From Hydrolagus affinis (taxonomy: Eukaryota), in contig JAAILG010001199.1 in assembly GCA_012026655.1 (NCBI GenBank), forward strand, positions 1-64,000: a DNA stretch of 64,000 bases. Direction: 5' to 3'. This document shows, piece by piece, positions 46,301-57,780 of the stretch (within the stretch, counting starts at the first letter, position 1; each line of letters begins with the position of its first letter). Below the pieces are notes generated by a model that was given only the letters and a program-made list of their open reading frames with translations, was not told the origin of the DNA and made no database searches. The position numbers were made by a program, and so were the translations under genes.

Positions 46301-49300
46301 TGGACAGACAATATTTAGGATCGAGCTGCAGTTAGGATTGGGGAGGGTGGAGGGCAAGCGGGTGAAGGAGATTGATTCAAATCACAGTTGAAGAAGAGGA
46401 CCTTGAGGTGGGTCTTGAAGGTGGCGAGGGATGGGATGAGGTGGAGTGAATGTGGGATGGAGTACCAGAGGGTGACCTATCCATCAATAGGGAGCTGGGG
46501 GACATGAAGCAGGCCGGAACCCATTGAGCAGAGAGATCAGACAGGTTGGTGAGGGATTAGGAGGTCACAGAGGTAGAGGGTTAGGGTGAAAGAGAGCTTT
46601 GAAGACGACCAGAATCTTGAACTGTATTGGCTATATGGTGCATACCAATTTGCGCACAGCAATGAAGTGAATGGCCAATTTTATCCAAGGATTGGTGGCC
46701 AGGACAACAAGAGAGAGAAATTCCCTTTTTTTAAATGGTGCCTCAGACTCTTTAAGATCTGAACAGGCAGATGGGACCTCAGTTTAATGTCTCAACCAAA
46801 CAATGGCATCTCTATCAATGCAGTGGTCCCCTTAGCACTGCACTGGAGTGTCAGCCTGGGCTGGTAATTCTCAATGTGGGGCTTGAACACACAACCTTCT
46901 GACTCACCAATTTATCCTAGTCAGTTCATTAGACAGATTCAAATCTCATATTCAGGGATGGAAAGGAAATAAATAAGGCTATGAGAGTACCATCTTAACA
47001 AAGTTTCAGTGTAGAAGAAAAGACAGTTCTATTCGCCTCCTCAAATTGGGGGTCCCTGAAAATGTCAGGAAATATATCCGAAGGATGGAACAATTTTCTT
47101 ACAGGAATTGGAGATTTAGGAAATGGAATTTGAGGAGCAATTGGATAAATTCTTACTTCTCCATTTAAGTGGATCAGTGTGACAGCTTTGTCTGAATAGA
47201 GTGTGGTCTGAAAGCCATAGTTATTTTTTTGATTGTGATGTGTCTGAAAAGGTCAGCGTTGGAAATCAAGAAAGTTAAAATTCAATGCGGAATTATGTTG
47301 GAGACAAATATTATGACAAGGAGACAAAATAACAAGCTTCAAGGTATAAATTGCCAGCAGAAGCCTTTATAAAGTCTGAAATGTAACAAGTGATGGGGCA
47401 ATGTATAAAGGCTAAAGTGGTTAGAGGAGAACAAGCACTGTATTTGGTCCATCAGCCTATACTCGGAGCTCAAAGTCCCCGCCGTGGCGTTTGAAACCCA
47501 ACCTTCCGACAAAGGGCCAGTCTGGCTCCTGAATAGTGCTAGCAAAGTGTTAACGGGGAGGAAAATGAATAGCAATTGTTTAGTGCTCCTGCCAATGAAC
47601 TTCCAACAAACAACACCTAAAGGGGAAACTTACCAAATGTTCCTTGAGTAGAGCCAAGCCAATTTGATCTGCCTGAACATTCTGCCCCAATCCAAATCGC
47701 TGCGGTCCATAGAAATTCACAAAGCCTTTTTCCTGGAGGTGAACAGAACATGTTGAGAATTGTTCCAAAATCCATTTGTACCTTCAAAACCTTACATGCA
47801 TTCATTCGGCAACATTATTATAGACATGAGTTTGCCCTCTGCTCTTCCAACTCTGATCTGCTGGTGTCAACCTGGCTCAGGTGATAGCACTCTCTCACCT
47901 CTGAATCAGAAGGCTATGGAAACTTTGAGCTCACAGTCTGGGCTGACACTTCAATGCAGTACTGGTGAAGTGCAGCATTATTAGAGATGGTAACTACAAC
48001 ATCTTGGTCCAATGGGGAGAGTGCTATCAACATAGCCAGGCCAGGCACAGGTGGAGATCCCAGTTCCGTTAATGTGTTAGATCTCAGCGCATTTTCTCCA
48101 TTTCCTCGTCTTTATTTCCTCACTTCCCAAATATCTCTCCATCTCCTTTTAAATAACCAATTGATTCCACCTCTATGAATTGGCAAAGTGTTCCACTCTC
48201 TCACAACACTCCGTGTGAAGTGGTGTTTTCTCATTGAATGGACCACATTGGAGTACTGTGTCCAATTCAGGTCTCTACACTGTATAAGAAATATACAGCA
48301 GCGATGGAAAGAATACAACGTAGACTTATGACGGTGGAAGAGGCAAGATGTTTTTACCTTAACATTGTGAATGGCTTCCAGCACCCGATCAGAGAGACTC
48401 GGTTGAGGATCGTCCCCTTGGTGCTTACAGACACCTCTCACCACAATATTGAAGTGATTTCCCCACAGTTGGCCGAGGCGTAGGTGCTGAGGCGCAGGGC
48501 GGATGTTAAACATCTTCAAACCTCTGCTCTGCAGCCTCGCCTTCTTCCCATCTAACCTTGGAAGCAGGAAGGGAGGCAGGTACAGGTGAGAAGGTGGCTT
48601 TCACAAAGACTTGCACAGTCCCTCTCACATATCTGAAAGGGCTTTAGAAAGGAGTGGGATCTCGAGCAGGGAGTGAGATGGCAAGCAATGTGCAGTTGGC
48701 GTACAACAACAACAACAACTTCGATTTATATAACGCTCTCCACGCCGGGCGGCATCTTCCCAACGTGATAGGCGCTATACAAATATATTGTTCTTGTTGA
48801 ACGTCTAAAATGTCTCAGTCGGCAACAACCAAATCAGAAGATTGGGGGTTCAAGCCCCACATCGGGACTTTGAGCTCACAGTCTAGGATGATGCTCCAGT
48901 GCAGAGCTGGGGAAGCGCTGCATGGTCAGAGGTGCCGTCCTCCGATGGGACATTAAACCGAGTCCTGACCTTAAAGATCCTATGCAACTACTCAGAAAAC
49001 AAGATGTAATTTGTTCTGGTATCCCAGCAAGCAATCCCCCAAATAAAATTGGTCACTCACTTCATGACTGTTTGCTGGCTGTGTGCAAATCGGCTGCCGT
49101 GCATGCCACCACTGAGCCAGGCTGAACTATGGGAGAAGGAGGCAGTTGAAGCTGTTTTAGCAGATTCCAATTCTCCCCGTGATTTTAAGGCTGTGGCTTA
49201 AATATTTTACCAACTGAGGGAGCGATCAGTAACCTTGGGGGGGGAAAACAAGCTCATCGGCAGCTTTGAAAAGATATGAAACTTTTGCACAATATACCAT

Positions 49301-51040
49301 TCTCGTCCAACACCAGAAGTGGAGCTGAACTTTCAGCTTAGAAATAATAACTCTTACATTTGATACAATGCCTTATCGCAAAGTCAAGGTATTTCAGCTT
49401 CACAGCATTTACTGTAAATATGTTCTGTGATGATAGATATACAGTAGTGTGTTTTGTGGGTGATCGTGGCAGTCAATTTGAGTGACTGATTTTTTTTTTG
49501 GTGGGAGACTGTTGGCCAAGACACTGGGAGAGAGAAATTCTCTTCTCTGGGCTTACCCACTGGCTGTCACGTTCCTCACCACCACAGTCTGGAAGGACAC
49601 TGCCTTCTTGTCTTTGATGCCGGCGTAGCTGAAATCTGACGGTACGACACCGAGTTCTGCCGCCAGGATGCCGATAGCGTCCAGGGTTTCCGTGTTTTCC
49701 TTACGAAGTGTGAAGGCTAAGTGGAGATATGCACAAGAGCTGTTAAAACAACCAGGACTCGCCTTCATCCTCCACGAATCCCCACCCAACCGTCCTCTCT
49801 GTTTGGATTATGCTGTTTCTTATCCTGATCCCATTGCCTCAACCGCACTTCCTAGCAATCTTGTTAATAACTTGGTGTGAAGATATACTCTCAGTAGAAA
49901 TACAGTAAGACTCACGTAAGTCTTATAAATAATACAACTGGCTAAGCCATTACATTCCTATCAAAGCTACTTAATGATTTTTTGCACCAGTCATATTAAT
50001 CACCTCCTAATTTGTAATTACGCTCCCGTCCTGATCCATCACCACATGTGCTGAAGAACTTCAATTACAACTAAACAGCAGCAAAATTACTGTCTGGTGC
50101 CATGGAATTCGGTACCTGTGTACGTCCCTGGTGCCTCTGGACAACCATCTGCTCTGCGTTTCTTATCGGAGACGAATCTCTCCCGGAACCGCACGGTGAT
50201 CGCTGCCCTCTGGTGCCCGCCGTCGCCGCCGCGCTCCGGAAAGCTTTTGGCTTCCACCATCTTCCCAAAGCGCTTGCTGACAAAATGGTGGACGGCCTTC
50301 CTGCGCTCCTTGCTGCCGTCCGGGCCGAAGGTGAACGTGGAACTTTTATCCCTGGAGTCCAAGAAGCGGAGAAAGTCGCCAGCTTCCTGCCGGGAGAGCA
50401 GGCGGCTGAGCCCAGAGTAGTTTCCGTCTGGCTTGACCAAGATTTCGGCCCCGATTGTTGCTGTCTTGAGGAAGGGGTATTTTTGGCGGACGGCAAGATG
50501 GATGTCTGCTCGACGGCTTTTGTCGGCGAATACTCCGAGGGAGAAGACCTTCCCTTCGCTGTCTCCCTCCGCCTGCGTGATCCACGCTTCAACCGAACAG
50601 GCAAATCTCTCCAGCGATTCGGCCACAGTGACATCCAAGAAGGAATCCAAGGCACAGCCCGAAACAGGAGCCAGTTTCACCGTCCGAGAGACAGAACCTG
50701 GTGAATTACAACCAATGGCCTCACTGCAGGTGTCTTCGAGACCTTCGGAGTCTCCGAGACACCAGGAAGAGCTCTCCTCTGACCCCACGTTGTCCCGAAT
50801 TTCTTCTGCCTTCTTTAGTCGTTTGCGGAATGGCACACAGGGCTCTTGCTCGGTATCCTCGGCATCTCTGCAGCTCTCAGAGTGAACATCACTGGCCATG
50901 CAGCCGCACATGCTGATCTCCGTCACCACAAAGTCACTCGGGGAGTTCTTAATGGTGCCGAAGAAGCCGGTGTGAGGGCTGAGCCAGCATGTGGAGGGAG
51001 CACACACGCTGCCATCCGAGGGCTGCGATTCATCCTCCAT
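42991..51040 (-). CDS. PUS7L: Pseudouridylate synthase 7-like (TruD family), complete CDS, 8 coding exons, 712 aa
   Basis: Exons total 2139 nt in phase; motifs GFFGTIKNSPSDFVVTEI, catalytic YAGIKDKKA, GFVNFYGPQRFG, PGCYR and SCYATECLREVMK; the long first coding exon matches PUS7L as recalled. Confidence 0.96.
43989..44042 (-). CDS. PUS7L: PUS7L coding exon 7
   Basis: VHIVTAEDQKANVYSIDQ; 54 nt, cag|..|gtaag. Confidence 0.92.
44105..44775 (+). mobile_element. L2-clade LINE fragments
   Basis: LAPLLTDIINLSMSTG, RIQFNVLVLIFK, FKTNLKTLL; (TTG)n tail. Confidence 0.8.
44810..45240 (-). mobile_element. Deu-domain SINE family B
   Basis: Reverse complement of the 18118-18563 pattern. Confidence 0.75.
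45338..45615 (-). CDS. PUS7L: PUS7L coding exon 6
   Basis: DVKATLALMP..RERLMLRALNRY..YCSKVWN..VEGDLV. Confidence 0.95.
46007..46088 (-). CDS. PUS7L: PUS7L coding exon 5
   Basis: IQAVHLFFTPEEGNDPVNKAKRHFLLT. Confidence 0.93.
46240..46640 (-). mobile_element. L2-clade LINE 3' fragment
   Basis: Reverse-complement tail (AAC)nAAAATTACATTTGTATAGCGCCTTTCAC. Confidence 0.75.
47634..47732 (-). CDS. PUS7L: PUS7L coding exon 4
   Basis: EKGFVNFYGPQRFG..IGLALLKEHL. Confidence 0.95.
48358..48556 (-). CDS. PUS7L: PUS7L coding exon 3
   Basis: LDGKK..HLRLGQLWGNHFNIVVR..IHNVK. Confidence 0.93.
49557..49716 (-). CDS. PUS7L: PUS7L coding exon 2
   Basis: FTLRKENTETLDAI..YAGIKDKKAVSFQ. Confidence 0.95.
50116..51040 (-). 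CDS. PUS7L: PUS7L coding exon 1
   Basis: ATG at 51040; acceptor tttcag ending at 51061; donor gtacc at 50115. Confidence 0.93.
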
Positions 51041-52244
51041 CCCTGAACCTCATTCAGAGCCTGAAACAAAGTAAAGGCGCAGGTGAAGACTCACACGTAG
51101 ACTCAGTGCCCGACAGACCTTGACATGTGCGGGTCACCTAACATAACAAGTGAGAGATCTCGGGTCCGAGTCCCGGACAGGGCGAAACCTCAGGCAAGTT
51201 TCCCTCACCCCCCAAAAAATATAGTTACTCAATCCACAACTGTTTGTGGGACACTGCTGTGCAATATTGGCTGCTGCGTTTCATCCACCAGATATAGTCA
51301 ATCTATTTTACAATAAGTTCTGTGAAGTGCTTTGAGGCATCTCAACGATGTGATAAGCTGAGACGCCGTCCGGCATGGAGGGCACTATATACATCAAAGT
51401 TGTTGTTGGTGGTGGTGCTAATTGTATGCCTCAAATGCAAGGATTATTCTTCTTATTGTATTACTACAGGTTAAGTCACTCTGTCGAGGTAATTTCTAAA
51501 GGATTTTCAGTGATGGTCAGCCAGACCAACAACACTGCCACTTTAGATGTGAAAGGATGTTAGTTTTCTTAATATATATAAGCTTCCTAAAATAGCTACT
51601 TTTGGCAGGAGGTTCATATTTTGTTCACTAAATATTCTGCCAAGCCATTTCCGAGCAGTAGTTCTCAATAGTTCGAGTTGCACTGATGATCATAGGAACT
51701 GGGTTTTACATTGCCACGCACACCTGCAATAATAATGCCTTGGATGTGACGAAGCGCATGTCTCATTGAGAAAAGTCTTGATAGAATTTCACTGTAAACT
51801 TGGGGCTGTTAGCAAACTGGTTGTATTTTGGGGGATTGTTGGCCAAACGACCAGGAGAAACACAGTTAATATAACAATAGTAACAATCCTTGCACATGAT
51901 GTAGCGCTTTTCGCATCTTCTAGACATCTCAAGCCTTGAGGAAACAAATGCATGAAACCATCTAACGCCTTAGATCATTGATTAACTAAAATATTTTCGA
52001 CTCATATTTTGTTTCCCTGGAACTCGCACTTCGCCTAATGTATTAAATGTTACGGTCCAGATTTGGTGTATGTGAGTTTTAACGTACTGTTTAAACTCTA
52101 GCATCCTAAAGTAGGTCGCTTGCTATGAAAAGTAGTGACTGCACATTTCGAAGCAGTCAAGTTACACACAGTAACGTCCCATGAATACATAGCAAGCGAC
52201 AGAACTAATTTACTGCAGCTAAAGAAATGTGGGCCACAGTGTGT

Positions 52245-53240
52245 CAAACACACATGTAACACATACACACACGCGTTAACAATGTAACACACACACGGTA
52301 CAATGTAACACACACACGGTAACAATGTAACACACACATGGTAACAATGTAACACACACATGGTAACAATGTAACACACACATGCGCGCGCGCGCGCGCG
52401 CGGTAACAATGTAACACACACATGGTAACAATGTAACACACAAACACACACGTGGTAACAATGTAACACACAACACACACATGGTAACAATGTAACACAC
52501 ACACACACGTGGTAACAATGTAAAACACACACACACGGTAACAATGTAATACATACACACACACACAAACACGGTAACAATGTAACACACACACATACAT
52601 GGTAACAATGTAACACACACACGGTAACAATGTAACACACACCCGGTAATGATGTAACACACACACATGGCAACAATGTAACACACGCACACACACGTTA
52701 ACAATGTAACACACACACGGTACAATGTAACACACACACGGTAACAATGTAACACACACACGGTAACAATGTAACACACACACGGTAACAATGTAACACA
52801 CACACGGTAACAATGTAACACACACATGGTAACAATGTAACACACACATGGTAACAATGTAACACACACATGGTAACAATGTAACACACACGCGCGCGCG
52901 CGGTAACAATGTAACACACACATGGTAACAATGTAACACACACACACGTGGTAACAATGTAACACACAACACACACATGGTAACAATGTAACACACACAC
53001 ACACACGTGGTAACAATGTAAAACACACACACACGGTAACAATGTAATACATACACACACACACACACACACGGTAACAATGTAACACACACCCGGTAAC
53101 AATGTAACACACACCCGGTAATTATGTAACACACACACATGGCAACAATGTAACACACGCACACACACGGTAATGATGTAACACACATGGTAGTAATGTA
53201 ACACACGCACACACGGTAACAATATGAGACACACAGTAAC
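52245..53240. repeat. Compound minisatellite GGTAACAATGTAA(CA)n, about 40 units, with a higher-order duplication
   Basis: Directly visible; includes (CG)n tracts near 52384-52402 and 52891-52902. Confidence 0.97.
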
Positions 53241-53354
53241 AATCATACCCAGTAGCTGTGTGTGTCTATGGCCGAGCCTAGAGCCTAGAGCCTGCCTGTT
53301 GTTGACTTGCTTGTTGTTGACCCACCTGCTTTGCCTGACTCATGGGGCCTAGCC

Positions 53355-53720
53355 AAACACACACACACAGACACAAACACACACAGACAGACAGACAAAC
53401 ACACACAGGGTTTATTGCCGGTTACTCAGTCAGCCCTGGTTCCTCTGGCTTGTCCTTCAACTGCTCTCTGTGTACAACAAGGAAGAGGAAGAGGAGGAGA
53501 GAGAGAGAGAGAGAGTTAGAGAGCCAGCTGGGGGAGCTCCACACACAGAGACAACCCACACAAACACAGGCTTCCCACTAAAATACTGGCCAGTCTCTCT
53601 TTCTCTGTCTGTCTGTCTGTCCTTTGCCAAGTAAATCATTCCACATTCACCTGCAAATCCCATCCCTGGTTTGGCAGCTGGAGACAGGACCTGTGCCTGT
53701 GCTGGGCTCTCTCTCTCTCT

Positions 53721-53771
<51 letters not shown>

Positions 53772-53772
53772 T
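53355..53772. repeat. Microsatellite cluster (CA)n, (GA)n, (CTGT)n, (CT)n(CA)n(TA)n(CA)n
   Basis: Directly visible. Confidence 0.85.
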
Positions 53773-54204
53773 CTTACAATGAGCCTTCTGACACATCTAG
53801 TCCAAACCCCTCTCGAAACCAAACAAACAAACTGGAGTTTACACAGCAGCAGGTCTGTCTGCACACAGAGGGAGAGTGGTCCAGGAACCTGTTGGATGCT
53901 GAGCTGAGCAGAAGGAGAAGGGAGAGAGGGAGGAAGTGAAGTAAAGGAGGAAGAATTTGAGGGGGTGGTGGGGGGGAGGGTGTTGTCTCCTTGGTGGTCT
54001 CCGGCTCATGTCTGAACCACTGACTCTCGATGTGAAAGGCGCTGTACAAACGTAATGTCAGTTGACTCACAGGGTGACACGTTTGGCGACTGAATATTAA
54101 GACCCGAGTCTGCCCTCTGTGATCGTCTCCAGGCCGCCACCGCGGCCGGACAGGAACCCAGGACACACTGTCCCTGAGGGCACAGCCAGCCTGTCTCAGC
54201 TCCT

Positions 54205-55225
54205 GTTAACCCAGCATTCAGAGGATTCAATTCAAGATCCTGGCCCTCACCTTCAAAGCCCTCCATGGCACCACCCCACTATATCTGCGACCTCCTAACC
54301 CCCTACCCAACCTGCCCACCCCTCAGTTCAGCAGACTCTGGTTTGCTATGTACCCTAACACACCCCGCCCCCCCGCCCCCCCACATTGGTGGGCAATCCT
54401 TCAGCCATTCTGCCCCCATCCTCTGGAAGTCCATCCCGCAGTCCCTCCGCCTCGCCCCCTCCCTGGCCTCCTTTGGCCCACCTCAAGACCCTCCTCTTTG
54501 TCGGCCCCATTGGCCACTCCAAATCCCTCTCCCTGCACCCTCCCTGTCCCCAGCTCGAGTCTAAACAATGAGTCCAGTGCCTTGTGACATCCTCCTAACG
54601 TGAAAGGCGCTATACAAGTGTAATTTTGTTGTTGTTGTGGTCAGGAAATTGGGACTTATTTGAAAAGCAGCTTGATAGTCTGATGAGAGGACAGTTGGGT
54701 GACTGTTCTTTAAGGATGTGATCACCATTCATAAAATCCAGGTTATTAAAAATTCCGCAGCCTGCATTATCACCCGAACCAAACTTTGCTCTCCGATTAT
54801 CCCAGTCCTTGCCAGACTTCACTGGCTCCCTGTCTCGGAGCGGATCGATTTCAAGATCTTCAAATTGTTTTCAAATCCCTCACTCTTCTGCACCCCACCT
54901 GCCTCTCTGATCTCCTCTCTCCTCACATCAGCACCCACTGCCTTCATTCTACCGGGCTTGGCCTCCTCATCCCCTGAATCATCTGTTCCACCATCAGCCA
55001 TGCCTTCAGCCACTATGCCCCGAGGCTTTGGAACTCCCTTCCTCACTCCCTTGCCTCATCTCCTCCTTTCCTATTTTCATGTCGCGCCTCAATACTTTTC
55101 TTTTCGATCGTGCTTTTGGTCACCTTTCTCCCCCTGGCTCGGCCCCCGGGATCGGTTATTGTGAAGCACTCTTGAGACGCCGTCTGGCATGGAGGGCACT
55201 ATATAAATCCCAAGTTTTTTTTGTC
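54205..55225 (+). mobile_element. Two tandem L2-clade LINE 3' fragments
   Basis: IQVIKNSAACIITRTK..PVLARLHWLPVSERIDFKI; two distinct L2 tails. Confidence 0.85.
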
Positions 55226-56219
55226 ATTGTAGAAATGTAGATAGGTATTGCACCAATCGAGTTCACTGCTCCTTGTACCTCTACAGCACCCCTACTGCTA
55301 GTATAGGTGTGTAGGCTTGCTTGAACGAGATTTCTAAAAGCAAACCTGAAACTCAGCATCAAAGAGAAGTTTGCTTCACTGGTACGTGGCCAGAGGTTAA
55401 CATCCATTCCTTCTCCAAAAGTCACAGTCTCAATCATCTTCTCAGTGGTACAAATCAATCAGTGTTAGCCTGGCTCAGTCCTGCTTCACTCTTACCTATC
55501 ATTCCGAAGATTGTGGGTTCACACACCACATCGAAACTTTCAACTCAAGTCTTGGCTGTTTGTGGGTGGGGGGTGGGGGGTGGTGGGTGCATTGGCAGAG
55601 GGGGCATCCTTCTCAATATGTTAGGCCAAGGTCATCTCTGCCTGTTCAGTTGAACTTTAAAGTTCCCAGAGCACACTTAGAAAACAGAAGGATTTTCTCT
55701 CTCCCGACGTCGCGGTCAACAATTCCCCCCAAAATTGGTCACTCACTCCATAGCTGTGTGTGGAACATTGCCTTGCATAAACTACCTGCAGCATTTACCT
55801 ACAAGTAGTCACTAGACTTTACTGTGAAGTCTAGGGAGGAGCTGAGATGTCCTCCTGACATAAAGGTATTTATTGTATCAAATGTAAGGATGATTATTAT
55901 GTCCATAGCCCATTATTCGCTGCCTTTGCTTGTCTAGTTTGGGTTTCCGCAGTCCATTTTCCCCTCTACTCCACCACCAGTGGCAGTGACACCGTGACCA
56001 ATTTCCTGGACCTCCCTGCCTCAATCCCTCTGTCTTGACTCCTCTCTGCTCGTCTTCAAATCACACCCGATGGCTTTCCTCTTCCACGGTGCTTTCAGTC
56101 ACTTCCTCAGTCACTTTTCAGCTGGGTATCAAACCACGAAGGGCACTTATAAATGGAAGTTGTTATGAAAGTTTTGGAATTGCCAGTGCACTGTTGATAT
56201 ATAAATTTAAATGTAAAAG

Positions 56220-57690
56220 ACACACAAAACTAGTTTTAGATTTATTTATTTGATTATTTATTTTTATGTGGCATGAAATGATCATAGATTCGTCAAGCAT
56301 ACTGAATTCAAACTCAAACATATTTCACACATGATTCACACCTTGAGTTGAACACTGCAAAACGTCTGACTTAAAAAAAAAGGGGTCTAGGAACTTTCAT
56401 TCCCAGTTAGAAAAAGAACTGCTGTATCAAAATGCAGCCTAACCTTTCACAAATATTCACAGAATGCAGATGATTCAATCAAACATGAGAACAAATGAGC
56501 AGATGGACTATTCCTGCAGGCTGATATTTCATTTCGCAATTCAGTTTAAGAGAAAGCAAAAAAGTCTCAACTTTTCCATTTGAAAAATGCTGTTGCAAAA
56601 AGGATAGTGCATCCCTTATCCCTGCCCAGGGTTCACCAGTCATTTATCATATAAAAATGACAAATGAGATGAAGGAATTATTTACACACAGAAAATACAA
56701 GTTGCTCTCATCTGCGGTCATTCAATTTTTTTTAAAAAAAAGGTCCGTTATTGCTCAGAATAAAAGCTTCTCCTCCCATCTTTGTCTGGGTTTAACATTG
56801 ATAAGCTTTGTGTAAAAATTACTGAAAGGCACAAGCTCCACTGTGGAAGTAACAGAAGGTTGTTTTTGGTTTGAAGACGTCATCAAGTCAAACATCTGCA
56901 TCCATTTTGATCCCCAAATTGACGTGAAGATTTTTTTTTTAAAAAAGCAGAGGTCAACCAACGATCCTGAAACAAACCCAACCAATTGTTGCTTGTCGAT
57001 CGCCGATGTCAGTTAAGTTCACATTCAGACATACCATCATTTTGAAGGGAAACATACACTTAGAATTTGAACATATTCAGTGGAAAGCATGGCAATAGTA
57101 TCAGTAAATAACAATTAACTAACAGTGTAGGCTCAGTGCATAGGTGGTGGCCAGATCACAGCTTTCATCTTGCTCTGAGCTCACCAAGATTGTAGTTTTA
57201 AGATGCTAAATGTCACAATTACATCAAAGAATAAATTTTCCATCATCTCCAATACATTTGCAGACATGCAAATTGCAATACAGTTCAATATTCTACAACA
57301 ATTCAGTCTTTTATGAAAAACAGAAGGCGGTTGACTTATTTGCAAATAATTTGATAACAACTCTTTGCAATTAGCATGGAAGAGATTGTGAAGTGGGTGC
57401 GGTCGGGGAGTGGATTTTTACCAAGAGAGACTTGTTTTTCCCATTCCAATTATGGACCGATGCGTCATAAACAAAAAGGATCCATGGACGATTTAAACGA
57501 TTGAAAAACTAAAACCGTGTAGACGTTCCCTCCATGTTAAGATTACTTACCATTTCATGGGTCCCTTTCACCTCAACCAAAGTGAACACAAACCAAAAGA
57601 TGAACAGAGAGGGATTTAGAAACACGCCACAAAATAAAAACGAAAGTTGGGGAAAGTTAAATAGCTATTGAATTTTCCAGTGTTCATTAT
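56220..57690 (-). other. Probable FAM3C 3' UTR with AATAAA signals near 56241-56262
   Basis: AT-rich tract with no repeats I could recognise after the stop; plus-strand TTTATT clusters at its distal end. Confidence 0.55.
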
Positions 57691-57780
57691 TTAATCTTTT
57701 TTCTGAGGAACGCAACCTTCCATTTCTAAAACCTCCGGCCAGCCTTCATACTTGTTTGTATCTTTATTATTCTTAATGTG
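57691..57780 (-). CDS. FAM3C: FAM3C terminal coding exon
   Basis: [21 protein letters not shown]. Confidence 0.95.
   Translation of the reverse strand, partial: HIKNNKDTNKYEGWPEVLEMEGCVPQKKD

Noticed and set aside
50071-50916. Several overlapping or antisense ORFs of 100-200 aa
   Set aside because: Shadow frames of the GC-rich PUS7L exon
52245-53240. CRISPR-like repeat-spacer appearance
   Set aside because: Spacers are (CA)n microsatellite rather than unique sequence, the context is vertebrate, and there are no cas genes
52098-53246. Long Cys/Val-rich ORFs (up to 332 aa) on the minus strand
   Set aside because: They are translations of the (TG)n-rich satellite, open in several frames at once, with no sign of real coding
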